Of a stretch of DNA of 64,000 bases, positions 36,520 through 51,543 are shown in pieces; within the stretch, counting starts at the first letter, position 1; every line of letters begins with the position of its first letter. The notes under the pieces are model-generated. The model made no database searches. It saw only the letters and a list, made by a program, of their open reading frames with translations, and was not told the origin of the DNA. The stretch spans positions 372,001-436,000 of the forward strand of contig OZ287757.1 of NCBI GenBank assembly GCA_965649765.1, read 5' to 3'. Position numbers and translations under genes: made by a program. The stretch comes from Bispira polyomma (Eukaryota).

Positions 36520-37800
36520 TTTTTTTATTTACAAAATATTATACTTACAAAACAAACAAAACAAATAGCAAACATACATTCTGTATAAACTTACAATATT
36601 ATTGTCTATAATAATTAAAATATTAACTATATTCCAATCAATCGCATCTTACAGAAAACTTTTACAACTTAAAAAAGAAAAAAAAGATATACATACATAG
36701 CTTGTACTAAATCTTCATAAATATCATGCATTACAAGATTAATATTGACCACTTCTAACCTAAATAGTACCTTTACCACATTATATATTCATCAAATAAA
36801 GGTTTTTTATATCACTTACATACAAAGCAATATTTAAGCATATCTGGCTTATAACACAACTTCAATTTTGGCCACGGAAAGTATTTTAAAGGCGAAATAA
36901 ACCTTTAACTAAAAGGTTAAGACTATTGAATTTACTAGACACAAGGCTATATCATTTTAATTGTCATGACCTAAGATAAGAGGTCTGTGGCTGTATGCCA
37001 CAAAAATGTGAAGCTCAACTCAACTAAAAGTCTCCATATCTCAGGCAAGATTAAAATTTCGCAATAAATTGAAAAAATTAAATATTTACAGATTGTAACA
37101 AGATATACACATATACAAAGTCAGTCATTCTCACCCAAATTATTGCAATATTGTATTACATTTGTATTTTATTGATGAGGGGTCTCCATTTGCTCAATAT
37201 GTTATCAAATAATTATGATTGAAAGTTAAGTTTAGCCAAAAGTTCTAATAATAATCAGTTTGGTTTTGTATTCATTTAGATTGGGGGTTTGCACAAAGTA
37301 TGTGCATAGAAAAACGTAGTATTTTGCAGAAATAGAGATAGTATTCAAGGGAATAAAGTTGTGATCTAAGGTTGTGTATCCCAAGATGAATTTATCTGGT
37401 GTAATTGGAAATTTAGTTTTGATATTTTTAAATATCCACACAATTAAGCCATTCAAAAATTTTGGGTTATCCCACAATAAAAAAATAGGTGGGTCAGCAA
37501 TTTTTGACTTTCATCACACAGTTGACATTTGTTGGTATTTTCTAGTTTCATTTGATATCTCAACTTAGTTGTACCTAAGATTCTATGAATAACTTTATAT
37601 TGAAACCAAATGAGAACATTGTCTGACACTGTTCTAAAACATTACTTAAAAATTGTCTTCCACAGTCCATCATTTATTTCATGGGATAGTTCTCTATGCC
37701 ATTTGTCTTTCAAATGTGGCATCTTTTGAATCTGGCATAGTGCTGTGTACATGTCCTGAAATCCCTTGCTTGACAGTACTTTTGGATGGAAAGGGTAGAA
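36520..37800 (-). mobile_element. L1/Tx1 3' fragment
   Basis: C-terminal ORF2 motifs (WFQYKVIHRILGT, FILGY...PLNTI..AKYY). Confidence 0.7.
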
Positions 37801-38369
37801 TGGATGTAGCTAAATAAACATTGAATCATTTTATTTATGGTCATATAAAAACTTTTTTTCCAGTTACCAGTCTTAATTCAAAAGAAGTCAATATAAATAT
37901 ACTGTACAGTTAACATGTTCAAACTCTAAAAATGCATGTTACTATTTAGTAATGTACAGAAAATAAAAAATATCATCAATAAACATTTACAGTTAAAACC
38001 TGTTAAGTGAAAACCCAAGGGAGAGTTTCCTGAAAAATACCTCTACTCAAGCCCAACAGGGCAGAGTTATTGAAAAAAAGATTTGGTTTGGACCCCCAAA
38101 TTTTACTTTTACATAAGAGGAAATTTTAATAAACAGAGTTCTACCTAAAGGGGTTCAACTGTAATTAAACAGTAGTTTTTATCTAACATAGGTTTATTTT
38201 AAAAAGAAATAACATCTGATTAATCAAGGTATTCAATACAGTAAGCATAACTTTATGCAGTAATACATTTGAAATATTGTACAGATAATTACCTAATTTT
38301 TAGAGTTTAATACTTTGGATATAAACATTTGAGCATTGGTTATTTCATTATATAATGTCTGATCAAAAA

Positions 38370-41170
38370 AAAAAATTTTACAATGTCAGTATGGGTTTCC
38401 ATCTGGTCTGAATTTTGTCAAAGTATTCACCTTTAAAATATATTTTAGAAAGACGTTCTTGCTCAAGGAAAAGTTTCCTGAATTTATTTTGGAATCCATG
38501 GAGACTGGGCTTTCTCCTGGAATATGCAATACTGCAAATATAATGTTTTGCTGTAATATGAAGAGTATTTATTGGTAAAAAGTATTGATCATTATTTAAG
38601 TATCCCAACATAAATGTTATCCGACTTGATGGTAGCTGAAACTGTATATTCCTGGATAGCCACACCTCAATATTATCAAGTCCTAGTGATTTCACAATCG
38701 AAAAATAGATGCTCCAATGTTTCATCTGTAGAGTTACATTGTCGACAACTAGGATCAGTCAGTAATTGAAACTTACTTCTCAGCACATTTGTTCCCACAA
38801 TTCTGAGTATTATATTATACTGGAACCATATTAATTCATTGTTAATGACTACATTAAAGCAAGCTTTGAAAATTATTCTCCATGCTTGATCATTGATTTC
38901 AGTATACAGATCTTGGTGCCATTTCCTTTTATACTTAAAACACCTGGATGTGCGTTGAGTACAGAATCCATATCATGAGCACCTTTACGTGACTTACTCA
39001 GAATTGCCAGCTGAAAGGGTTAAACTGGGTATATATGTCTAAAGTTTGATTCTGTTTTATAAATCTCAAGGAAATATTTTAGTAACCCACGTACATTGTA
39101 ATAATCAAAGTGCTCAACTTTTATTCCAAATTTGTCTTCTATTTCTTGGTTACTGTTTAACTTCCCTTCATTGTCGACTACATCTATTTCAAAATTAATT
39201 CCAGCCCGATATCATTTTCGTATGAAAAATTTAATTTTATAGATATGGTCATTGTACCAAATATAAGAATATAGTATATCCTGATTTGATTTTTGTTTTT
39301 ATGCTATCTTCCACCCTAATCCAAGCATGTATTTACAGATTGCCAAAAATGTTAGTTTTTTTCTATTAATAGTTGGCACCAAAGTAAGGACAGAACAGTC
39401 AAATGTCTAAATTGGCCAGTCTTATTCGGAAATAGGGTTGGCCACTGGGATTGACTATTGTTCATTAATCTCCGTACCCAAGTGGTCTTTAGCGGTCAAA
39501 CCTAGAATTATCCTAGGTGAAACTTCTTTTGTTATTAAGCTTTTCCTTACAATACCTTTTTTTACCTATCCATATTAGTTTTGTCTTATTTGTGTTCATA
39601 AGAAGACCAGATAGTGAACCAAACTCTTCTGAGATATTTATTGCTGCTTGGAGGGATTGTGTTTAACTAGTTAAAAACAAGGTTGTGTCATCAGCAAACT
39701 GCGTAATTTTATATTCTACACCATGTAATGTAATTCCTTTTATATCAGCATTACATTTTATCAATAATGCCAATATTTCTGCACAAAGGATTATAAATAT
39801 GGTGACAGGGGATCGCCTTGATGGCAGCCACAATTGATTGGAAAAAAAACTGGACAAATAACCACACTTAATTACTGCTGCCTTAATATTAGTATTGAAA
39901 AGTTGTATCCACTTTATAAATCCTGCATCTAAGTTAAACATTTGTTTATACATCAAATTCCAGGAAATAGAATCAAATGCTTTCTCAAAATCGATTAACA
40001 TCAGCAATCCGTCTAGGTTTTCCTCATGAGTGGCTTGCATTATGTCATATACTAATCGTGGATTTTCACCTATGTATCTTTCAGGTATAAAACCAATTTG
40101 TGTATCTAACATTAACTTGGGGAGAAAGAGCTATATTGGGTTGGCAATTGAAGCTGAGGCCATTTTATACACCACCGATAACATAGATAAAGGTCTCCAA
40201 TTTTTCAGAAATTTGATGCATCTTTAGGGAGATTGACATGCATCTTTTTTCGTGGCAACAGTTGATTGCCACAATAATAAAGTGTTTAATCTTGATCCAA
40301 AATACCTTAAAAAATTCAGCTGGAAAGCCATCAATACCAGGTGTCTTGAAATTTTTCATATTTTTCAAAGCAATACCCATGTCCCCATAGTCAGTTTGCT
40401 TTCTAATTTGTTGACTTTATCTAAATTTAACCTTTTACAGCAGATATTTTGAAGACTACTATAAATGTCAACATTTTGGTTAAGTGTATCTTTGTTGAAA
40501 AACAGATTTTCATAATACTTTTGAATAGTTAGCAAGATTTTACATTGTGATGTAAGGTCCCTTCCATCATTTAATTTCAATCTTTTAATAAATTTTAAAG
40601 AACTCATCTTGCGCAATAGTAGTCAAAATGATTTACTGTAGTCATGCCAAATTTTTGTTTTATATATTCCATATGCAGTATTTAGTCGTTTTTATCATCA
40701 ATATCACATACACATTTAATGCCAGCCTTGTACCACTGTGGTATAAATAATTCTTCAATAGATATGTGTTTATTGTACCACCATGTTGAAGAAGCAGGTC
40801 AAGATTTGTCCTTGGCACAACTTTGTCAACAACCTTTGCCAATGCTTTTAATACTGTAGTCCAGAACTCATTACTTATTCTATTTACAATTTTGTTGCAC
40901 CAATGTGAGCCCATTGAATTAAGACTTTGAACAGGTGAAACTGCTTTTATGAATAGCTTGCCCCATGCAGATTGATGGCCAATTATCAAACTTCATATCC
41001 ATATTGTTTTAAGAGCATCTATAAAATTGTCAAGACTTAGCATTTTTAAACCCCATCAAGATATGATTGGTTTATTTTATCTCTGCTAATCTTGTCAGGT
41101 TTGCCATCCCAATAAAAGAGTAGAACATGGCCTTTAATTCATTTATGTATTTCAGTGATGGCGTAGACAG
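38370..41170 (-). mobile_element. L1/Tx1 ORF2 fragments (RT and C-terminus), rearranged
   Basis: KTPGIDGFPAEFFKVFW, RYIGEN, IDFEKAFDSISW, QFADD. Confidence 0.85.
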
Positions 41171-41867
41171 AATTTGTTGAAACTTTCATGTACAAAATAT
41201 GGCCAAATGATACACTTCTCGGCTAAAGGATAAACCTATCAAAATGTTTTTGTTTCTACTGACAAATATTACAGCATTTCTGTTAGTTGAAATAAGAATG
41301 CATTGATTTCGCCTAAATGTTGGTATTGTTGTTCTGTATTAAACAGGAATCCAGGACATGAATAGGAACTGGTGCTATGCATAAAACAGTTTATGTTTCC
41401 ATTACATAAAATAAGTTGCACAGATGTAAGTAGACTTTCTATGAAAATCCCCTTTTCTGTGTTCGAATGTTTCTGTGTCAGGAGTATGCCAGGGGGACAC
41501 ATTTACCGAGATAGAGAAACTGCAAAGGGGATTCATTGGTGCATACACAGCCATAGTTTTACTCAAGCATTAGTTTTGGTTTTGTTATGTTAACACGATT
41601 ACATCTTCAGCATCGTGTATTGTAATGTATTATTTGATATGTATGGAAGTTGACATGATTCTGATTTGTGAACACGTTTGCATCAGTGTAAAATCAGTAC
41701 ATTGTAAACTTGCTATTTTGCAATTGCTAGAAAATTGGTGGTTGTAAATATAAAGTTAAAAGGGTTTGTGTTTGCTGATTTAAATAACAGAAGTACACTC
41801 AAAAGTAATGTCAATTTTTATTTATTTACAGAAGGTTTCACTCGGCCGTCATAATCAGTTTAATCCT

Positions 41868-44800
41868 CTATGCAGGAGTTGGGGTAGTTCTATCATCCGC
41901 TTTGGGTGGAGTAGGGGTAGTTCCATCATCTGGTTTGGGTGGAGTAGGGGTAGTTCTATCATCTGGTTTGGGTGGAGTAGGGGTAGTTCTATCATCCACT
42001 TTGGGTGGAGTAGGGGTAGTTCCATCATTCGGTTTTGATGGAGTAGGGGTAGTTACACCATCTGGTTTTGGTGGAGTAGGGGTAGTTACATCATCTGGTT
42101 TTGCTGGAGTGGTTTCTTCAACACTAGAACCTATTAGTAATAGAAATCAAATTGTCTAAACAGCCATAATAACAAAATAAACTATAACAATGCACTTGAA
42201 ACAAATTTTAATATCCAGAGGACTATTGTGTTGAGTGAAAAATGAGTTAGACAACTATCCATTTAAATACTTATTCTTATAAAAGTTTAGAACTTTTATG
42301 GTCTTGATTACTTATTCTAGATGTGATTTAGATGTTGGCAACACTTCCTGACGAATGGGCGTTCTGATGAAGGAGGAACATCAGATTGAACTTTACATTT
42401 TTAGCTGATGCCTTACTTTCTATAATTTTATTATATACTGTTATTCACATTGGTGCTGGTGACGTAAAGCATGGCTTCAATGAAGGGTAAAGGAAAGAAG
42501 AATGGACCCTGTCCTTACTTTAGAAAGTACTGCTAGTGTCAATCGATCTGGTTGAATAAATATGAATCTGACTATTGGCAGACGTTTGAATGAGAAAGGA
42601 AGCGAACATACAGTGGTTCAAATCGACACAAAACATGAACTTAAAATGGCTTCAACTAAAGTAAAAGTCAAACATGGTCACATTGATGTTGGTCAGCCTG
42701 GACCTTTACAGAGGAGAGCTTTAGTTTGCCTTTTTTCAGGCTACTATAAACTGTATTCCTAGTACAGTCACAACGGGAGAAAATATATGTCTTTGTGAAG
42801 CAAAATATTGTTTGGTCACATGAGTACATCAGTTTAACATCCAACAGTGGATGTTGGATTTCTGTCACACTAGAAACTGTACAAAAACTTGATGCTGGAT
42901 TATATTGTCTTACTTCCAGACAGTGCTCAGAACTTTTCGTTGTAGGCTGCCTAAGAGAGCCACATTGATCTGAGCTGGCGAATACAGCAATGACTGATAG
43001 TTGGGAAATTGAATGTTTGAGTGGATGCTAAAAAGCACATTCAATAGGCATCAAATTTACTGTGGGCACATTCTAAAAGCAGATAGGTATGAATTGCTTT
43101 GCTTTGGACTAGAAATCTAAACCACATTTCACAAAACCAATAGCACTAGGTGGGGCAGCTCCTACATAAACCACATAAATAAGTCAATTTAATTCATTCG
43201 AATGTGTCTATACAAGATTGACTCTATGACTATAGAGCTAATAAATAAGTCCACTTGGTCAAGTTTGTTCTAAAACATCGTTGTACCCTGTGACACAAAA
43301 GTATCAGGTTTAGTATAAACACAGCATCAAGGTTGTGTCCCTTATATAAAATTAAATCCACAGATGTGTCCCTGGGGCCGTATTCACAAAGATTCTTATT
43401 CTTAGAATTACAGTAATTTTTAGAATTTTTCTTAAAATAAGATATTTTTAAGAAAACTTTTATGACATTTATTTAAAAAAAATTAAAAAAAAAAAATTCC
43501 TATTCATCAACTTTTTTTTTTGGAAATTTTTTAAATGAGACTAACATCTAAAAATGGAACAAAAAACTGCACCTTTGTGGGTAGTAATTCTTAAGAAAAA
43601 TTTAAGTTTAAAAAAGCAACAAATGTAAAAAAAAATTATTCTGTGAATTTTTCTTAGAAAATTCTTAGATTAAAAATTCTAAAAATAAGAGTAATTCTGA
43701 AAAAAATCTTTGTGAATACGGTCCTGGACATGTAATAAGAAATAGATGTTGGTTTTCCACTTGATTGTGATTACTCTGTTAAGTTAAAGGAACCGGGTGG
43801 CAATCATAAATCTGAAAATGTCTCACCCTTTTTTGACTAGGGAAAAATAATACCATTATCAAGAATAGAACAATTATTGACTGATATTGATGGGTAAATG
43901 ATGGGGTATACAAAACCTCATATCCAAAACCACGCTTGTGCTAAAATACCCTAAAATTACAAGGGTCTGTGGTGGCCTAGTCATAAGAAGCTATAGCTTC
44001 ACAATAACTGACCTCTCTCCGATGTGAATCCTGTCTGATCGTTCATACGTGGAAAAGTTTGTCTGGCATTTGCCATAGGGGTTGGTTTCCACACTTTCAG
44101 CAATGGTTTCTTCTACCATTAGGTCTGACCCTCATGATATGATCTAAGCTGTTAAAAGCCATGTTAAACCCAACTAAATCTGAATATTGCGGAAGCACTA
44201 AAATATGCTAAAGAATGAACACCAACAACCTAATCAAAGTTAGAACTACATCCACGATTGCTGTAGATAATGTGGAATTATCGTTAAGATTCCTTTTTCT
44301 AGTCAATATTGTGCACATGTGATATATTTTTATATTTCATAGTGGAATAACATATAAATTTCCAATCGATATTATCAGCATTATTATATAATTACTTATA
44401 CAGTACTTTATCTTACTTGCTCAAAGCGCTGCACAATAATTAAAAATATAAATTTTGTGTAAAACATACAGGACTAGAATTAAAATAGGTAAAAATTAAA
44501 AAGAAATCAAACGAACAGTGTAGAACTTAAGAACATAAATAGTCAATAAGCTATGTTAAAAATGTGTGTTTTAAAAAGTTGAAGAACTGAAGAGTACTAG
44601 CACTTCTTATATAGCCTGGTAATTGATTTAAACATATTTTAATGGACAATTGTCAGTCCAGTAGTTAATTCCACAGGAAATAACCACAGTTTGTGAAAAC
44701 CTGATCTCCAGTCTTATTGTTTGTGTTAGTTTGCAATAATTTTAAGCAGGTGCCTGATCTTAGTTGCCAGATATTTGTACAGTTCATACAAATATTTTAG

Positions 44801-47800
44801 TGCCATGTTGTGCAGACATTTGATTACATATGTGAGAATCCTGAAATTCACTCTTTGCTTTACTAGTAGCCATTATAAATCACAACATAGTTTGGTTACA
44901 TGTTCATATGATGGAAGTCTGTAAATGAGACGTGCAGCAGAATGTTGAATGTGCTGTAAGTGTGACTTAGCTTATTTGCTAATACCAAATAGAAGACTGC
45001 AGCAATAGTCCATAGGGGATTGTATGGTGGCTGGTCGGATTGTGTGATGTTTTTTTGTGATGATATTAAATTGAACTGTGACTAATACAAAGTCAATGAT
45101 GCTTTGCATTTGGAAACTCACACGTTTTATGGCAATAAAATTGAGGTAGGACAATGATGCAGTCTGTTTTATGTATTCCCCAGCAACCTTAGATTATGGC
45201 TCTAAACCCAGACAGAAGAGAATCTGCTTTTAATCGACTAATACCTCTATTTAAAAATGTCAATCAAACCTTTACTCAATCGGCCTTTATTTAAAAATGT
45301 CAATCAAACCTTTACTCAATCAGCCTCTATTTAAAAATGTCAATCAAACCTTTACTCAATCAGCCTCTACTTGTCAATCTAACCGTTAATGTTTAAAAGC
45401 GTACACTTATGCTGTTTGGTTGTAAAATAAGTAAGTTAGGGTCTTTTGTCTTTGAAAATAGAGTACAGTACTGTCTGTCCCTTGAATTTGGATTTTAAAT
45501 TTATTTTAGTCTACTTCACTTTGAATAGCTTAGGTCACATCATGATAGCTAGATTTAATGTTGGAAGAAACCAGTGTGGAAGTATGTTTGTTTGAACTTT
45601 GGTTTCTGCCACAGTCATTAGCTAATACGCTGTGGTATTTTGGTGGAGGAATGCACTCTATTAGGTGCCCTTCTAGTATGGGATGCTATTCTCCACAATA
45701 CATACAATATTACATTACAAAATGAATGTTTCATCCATTTTTAATATACATATTCATTTACACATATCGGTTTTTTATACTTGGGAGCTTAATTCATAAA
45801 AATAATGGTATAGGACAAACCCCCAAATACTACAATTACAATAAAATAACCCCTTCAATAGTCGGCCCATTCACCACAAAAAAAAGTCAAAGGTTGAACA
45901 TTGCTTTTCATTTAGTCCATATCTGGATAAACTTAAATTCTTTATTGGATAGTGGAGCCAAGTATTCTTCGTCTGTAAATACTGATTTCAATCTATGTCT
46001 TAATATATTTATAAAAGTTGGCTTCTGGTTATTTTTAGAACTGTCAAATATAAGCTTCTTTGATACAAGAATTATCGTATTTAAAGGTTTTTGATTTTGG
46101 TCTCCTAAAAGATAGCCAAATATGATTGTGAATGGATTAAAGTTTAAATGGGCCTTCATTTTGTCCTAAAAGATTTTTACATTTTCACATTGAACAAACG
46201 TGCAAAATATTGTCATGTTGTTCATAATTACAACAAAAGGGGTTTTCACTGACACCAATTTTAAATAAGTAACTCCTTGTTGCCAAAATTTTATAAATTA
46301 TCCCTTATTGAAACCATATCAAATTATTATTGGCAATGGTTTTATGACAAATATTGAATATATAATTTCATGTTTGTTCATCTATATGCATGGACATTTC
46401 ACTGTTTTATTTTTGTTTCATTACATGGTCTTTTGTATATTATTCATTAAGTAATTGGTAAAAATCTCTCACTCCCTTTGTTGACCTAAATATATATTTC
46501 AAATAATATGGAATAAATGGTCTTACTTAATTAGTAGTGGCTCATTTTTGATGAGCAAAGTAATTTAATTACACTCTGTCTCACTTAAAGATAGTTGAGT
46601 GGATTAATATGGTCCAATTAATATCTACTTTTTAGTTCATCAAGTTCCATGATCTCACCCACTGAATTTAATAGATCAGCAATGATATGAATTACCTTCA
46701 TATACCAGACAGGGAAGAAAAGCCTTTCCTCAGAAATTTTTCTGTTAAACCAAAGAGGGTTAGTCAATAGATCAGTATTTGTAAGTATCCTTTGGCATTC
46801 AAATATTTTTAACCTAGCTTCAAATGCGTCAGTCCAAAGTTTGTTTGATGTTTTCTTTAAAAAGTCTTCTAAACTGTGGGCTTAATTCTAGGAGCCTGTT
46901 TAAATTCTTGCATATCAAATTTTGAAATAGCTGTATCCAGGGGGAATCTGTCTCTTTTAATAATCTTCTAAACCATGTAGTTGTTAGACCAAATATTAAG
47001 TTTATTATAAGGTTTATCATTTTCAATCCACCATTTTGATAATCTAAAGTCAAATTTTTTCTAATAATTATGTCTGGCTCATTTGACCATATAAACTTTA
47101 ACATAATGGCATTCATTTATTTTAAGAATTTTGCATCAGAGTTCGGTATACTTAATAATATATATTCAGTTTTGACAAAATGGTTTTACAATTGTTATTT
47201 TTCCCATCAGTGTTACTTTTCTTTTATTCCACATATTCACAATTATTGTGAAAAATGTAACGTTCTAAATCGACTGTCAATTTCACTCCAAGCCAAATGA
47301 AAACACAAGTAATATCAACTATCCCATTTAAAATCTAAATTTAAAATTTTTTCTTTACATTTTATTTCCTTTCTTATCCAAATAATCTGTGTTTTATCTG
47401 TATTTACCTTTAATTTACCTTCAAGGCTGCTGTTAATGACTTTGCGGTTCCGTTTAATATTAAAGTTGTATCGTCAGCCAAATGTGTAAGCTTAAAATTA
47501 ATGTCTCCACAACTAATACCAGTTATATCACATTGGTGAAAGGCCAGTGACTGTTATTCTGATGCTTTTAACCACTGGGACAACCTGGGCTACATTCGAG
47601 ACCTTGATCAGTATACTCTAACTTGATAACTAACAATAACCTTAACCTCTACATCAGTAACAACTCACCTGTTGAACTTTTTGAACTCTTTGAACTTTTT
47701 GAACTCTTGTTTCCTGAGTGTGTCTTGGTTTCCGTGTTCTTCTCTTTCTTTGATTTCTTTGACTTCTTGGCTTCCACAGCCAATAGTATAACAATGAACA

Positions 47801-47828
47801 GAACAGCCAGTAACAATGCGTGCCTCAT
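41868..47828 (-). CDS. Secreted low-complexity protein, 140 aa; coding exons 47828-47669 and 42130-41868
   Basis: Signal MRHALLLAVLFIVILLAVEA, then a Lys/Ser-rich segment, a phase-1 GT-AG intron and ~7 repeats of PKPDDxTTPTP. TATAAAT at ~48180-48186; AATAAA at ~41817-41826. Confidence 0.8.
43375..43724. mobile_element. MITE (PIF/Harbinger-like TIR gggccgtattcacaaaga)
   Basis: ~18-bp TIRs and an AT-rich quasi-palindromic interior. Confidence 0.8.
43963..44180 (+). mobile_element. Decayed tRNA-derived SINE
   Basis: A-box-like gtggcctagt, B-box-like gtgaatcc, 3' tail gctgttaaaagccatgttaaaccc. Confidence 0.5.
44400..45200 (-). mobile_element. L2/CR1 3' fragment
   Basis: DYCCSLLFG and WLLVKQRVNFRIL motifs; L2-like 3' end (cagcgctttgagc). 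Confidence 0.65.
45235..45370. repeat. 39-bp tandem repeat, ~3.5 units
   Basis: Seen directly. Confidence 0.9.
45700..47535 (-). mobile_element. L1/Tx1 3' fragment
   Basis: LTHLADDTTL, GGLKMINL, WFQ..IIYKILAT motifs. Confidence 0.75.
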
Positions 47829-49004
47829 GGTGATCAGCCGTAATTCTGTGTATTCTGAGTGACAGCAGGTGTGACAGATGAATATATGTATCTGAGTGGC
47901 AGAAGTGTGTATATATCTGAGTAGCAGATGAAAGTATGTATCTGAGTGGCAGATGTATGTATGTATCTGAGTGGCAGATGTAAATCTGTGTGTCTCAGCA
48001 GTAGGTGTGATGTAGAAATTCTCTAGTGACTACAAATGTACAGCTCTGTGTCTCAGCAGTAGGTGTGATGTAGAAATTCTCTTGTGACTACAGATGTACA
48101 GCTCTGTGTGTCAGCAGTGGCTTCCTTATCTCTCACTCTCTCACTCCCTTCTGTGGATGATGTGCTAAAGGAAGCACCATTTATAGCTGATAGTGGGTCT
48201 GCAGTCCTCAGATTTACGGAGATCAGATATGTTTTTAAGTGTATCTTATCTTGTTTTGGACTGGGGATATAATTGTAGAGACATACTTAAGGCTTTAAAC
48301 TATTAATACATATTTTGGTGACGTTCAAAAATCTAAATTTGCTGCATATATTTACTATATACAGACTATTCTATACGGGAGAGATATTATGTATGTGTCA
48401 TATTAAGTATAACATTAAGCCCACCTCCGAAAATATTTGAAGTCTGTAATTGAATTCCTTAATTAAATTGACGGATTCTAAGCAAAAACATTGTTAATTT
48501 CGTGGAAAGAATTTACTGAAGAGAAGTTGGTTGATCAAAGATTAATCTTTCCTTACATCAACACAATTACAAATGATGTTTAAACTTCATTGTGAAATAT
48601 CAACAATATTGATCTAATTTCAGATAAAGTTAAATATTTACTGATGTCAAATGTAAATCATCTTTTTCAGAAATACGGATATTAAAATGACCCTACTGTT
48701 CTGAAAACAATAAATCAACTCTAGGAAATTGCTTTCATTGGAGTTAAAAATTTTAATTAAAATCCAATCACCAGTTTTGTGGGCTAAAGGTCTTTCTACA
48801 CAATTACACATGCATTATCAATTAAAGCCCAACACGTTATTGCTATTACATCAATGGTTTTTATGGAACTTTTTCAACACACACTTTCAGATAATGGTTG
48901 CATGTTTTATGTGTCTCATTTTTTGTACATGCCTAAGGGGCGGATTGAACGCATGACTGTAGCTGTCAGATGCAAGTGTGACATGTTCTAATCTACCACA
49001 GAGA

Positions 49005-49563
49005 CACACATACATCTACACATACACATATATACATACATCTACATATAGATCTACACATACATCCACACATACATCAACACATGCATACATACATCTA
49101 CACATACATCTACACATATATACACATACATCAACACATGTATACATACATCTACACATACATTTACACATACATCAACACATACATCTACACATACATC
49201 TACACATGTATACACATACATCCACACATACATCTACACATACATCTGCACATGTACACATACATCTACACATACATCTACACATGTATGCACATACATC
49301 CGCACATACATCTACACATACATCTACACATGTATACACATACATCCACACATACATCTACACATACATCTATACATGTATCCATACATCTACACATACA
49401 TCTACACATACATCAACACATACATCTACACATACATCTACACATGTATACACATACATCCACACATACATATACACATACATCCACACATGTATACATA
49501 CATCTACACACACATCTAAACATACATCTACACATGTACACATACATCTACACATACATCTAC
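49005..49563. repeat. 12-bp satellite (cacatacatcta)n
   Basis: Seen directly. Confidence 0.95.
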
Positions 49564-50544
49564 TCTAAAATATAGTCATACAATTGAACTAGCAAAAAAT
49601 GCCAGATTGTAAATATATTCAAAGTTTCAAATTAAACAGTTGCTTTAAGTTAAGTGTGACCATGAAATTGTTTAAGTATAAGTCCAAGTTAGGTATAAGC
49701 CAACATACCCTAAGGTCAAATTCATACATAGTGAACAGATTCACAACACATTGGCACCACAAGTACAACAGCTTTGAAAATCCACACACAAATCCATACA
49801 TACACACACAACAATTCACTGATTTCTGACACATAGCCTCTCTCCAGCAGACCCCCCCCCCCCCCCGCCCCCATTAAAATCTGGAGCTACACACACACAT
49901 AACCACATTCACACACATCCATATACACATATACCCACCAACACAGTCACTGATTTCTGTCACACACCTTCTGTCTTGCCCCTCATTGAGATCTAGATTT
50001 AAACATACGTGTACACACATACCCACAAACCATTGATTTCCCTCACATATCCAAACTCCAGTCCCTAATTAAGATTTGGATCCAGATTACTAGTTATTTG
50101 TTTGGTAATCCTGAAGATCCCCTTTGATTTGTACAAGCCCCACAGAACTCACGACATCAAGTGGATCAGGGATTGTAGATCCTGATTAGAGGACAATACA
50201 GATTGATACACAATGGGAAATGTCCACTTGAGAACATCTGGCTATAGAAAGCCAAGTGTGGACATGTGTTTCACAGAGTGTGGGCAGAGTGAGTGTGTGT
50301 TAGTGTGTTTTAATGCCAGTGACAGGGATGTGCATGATGTGGAAACTTTGACACGGAAATATAAGTGCTTTACAATGGAGGTAAGGCATTTGTGTAATCA
50401 AACAGGAATTGTTTAATCAAATAGGAAGTATTTAAATTTATACTACATTCATCAGTAACTGTTATTCCCCCAACTGAACACATAGTTGCCAATAACATAT
50501 CTGTACCTGGCCATACTGTGATCAAACTCAAGTCATCTCCACTC

Positions 50545-50885
50545 TTACACATTAGGACACACACATACAGAACTATTAAGTGAGTGTCTTACACATTAGG
50601 AAACACACATATAGAAGTTTTAAGTGAGTGTCTTACACATTAGGAAACACACATATAGAACTATTAAGTGAGTGTCTTACACATTAGGACACACACATAC
50701 AGAACTATTAAGTGAGTGTCTTACACATTAGGAAACACACATATAGAATTATTAAGTGAGTGTCTTACACATTAGGACACACACATATAGAACTATTAAG
50801 TGAGTGTCTTACACATTAGGACACACATATAGAACTATTAAGTGAGTGTCTTACACATTAGGACACACACATATAGAACTATTAA
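50545..50885. repeat. ~39-41-bp minisatellite
   Basis: Seen directly, ~8.5 units. Confidence 0.95.
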
Positions 50886-51543
50886 TTTGGTAAATTCTTC
50901 ATTGACAAAATAAGCAACATTCAGGATGATTTTTCAACAATGTCTCATTGCTGCGCACCAACCCCGGCTAGAAAGTTTCTAATCTGTTCAAATTTAGATG
51001 ATCACTTCTCATCTTTTATGTTAACTTACCATATGGAGTACCCCAAGGGTCTTTCCTTGGCCTCTAGTTTATACACGTTACCTCAGCACTGTTATCAATA
51101 ATCACTATATAAAACACCACATGTATACTGATGACACTCAAGTCGTTCTCTTTCGAGATCTTATTTACTTTTATTCTTCTGGGTAAAGATATACTACCTT
51201 CCAAAAATACCAAAACCTGCAGAGGGTTAATAGATTTTCTGTTTCTTCTGTTGAACCCAGCAAGATGGCTGGATGCAGAGCTTTCTCCATATTATCCCCA
51301 TGTTATGGAACAGTCTCCCACTCAAGGTCAGATCACTAGAAAAACTGAAACCTATCTCTTAAAGCTTGCTCTACCCCTTAATTCTATCATGTACACCCAA
51401 CATACTTCCTTACGACCTAGCTATGTTTACACGATTGGTTAACAGATTGTTTTGTCACACTTTAGAAGATGCCTTGCAATAAAGTGGGTTAAAAGGCATA
51501 ATAATAATAATAATAATAATAATGATAATAATAATAATAATAA
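50886..51543 (+). mobile_element. Highly decayed L2/CR1 fragment with (taa)n tail
   Basis: FFIDKISNI, YGVPQGS, MYTDDTQ motifs. Confidence 0.6.

Noticed and set aside
41808-42159. Plus-strand Gly-rich and WSRGSS-repeat ORFs
   Set aside because: Antisense shadows of the minus-strand exon, which has an acceptor, stop and poly(A) signal.
48978-49575. His/Thr/Tyr-rich ORFs
   Set aside because: Translations of a 12-bp satellite open in several frames.
50213-50416. Candidate first exon of the coiled-coil gene (MGNVHL...)
   Set aside because: Its donors (50288 phase 1, 50380 phase 0) do not match the phase-2 acceptor at 51736.
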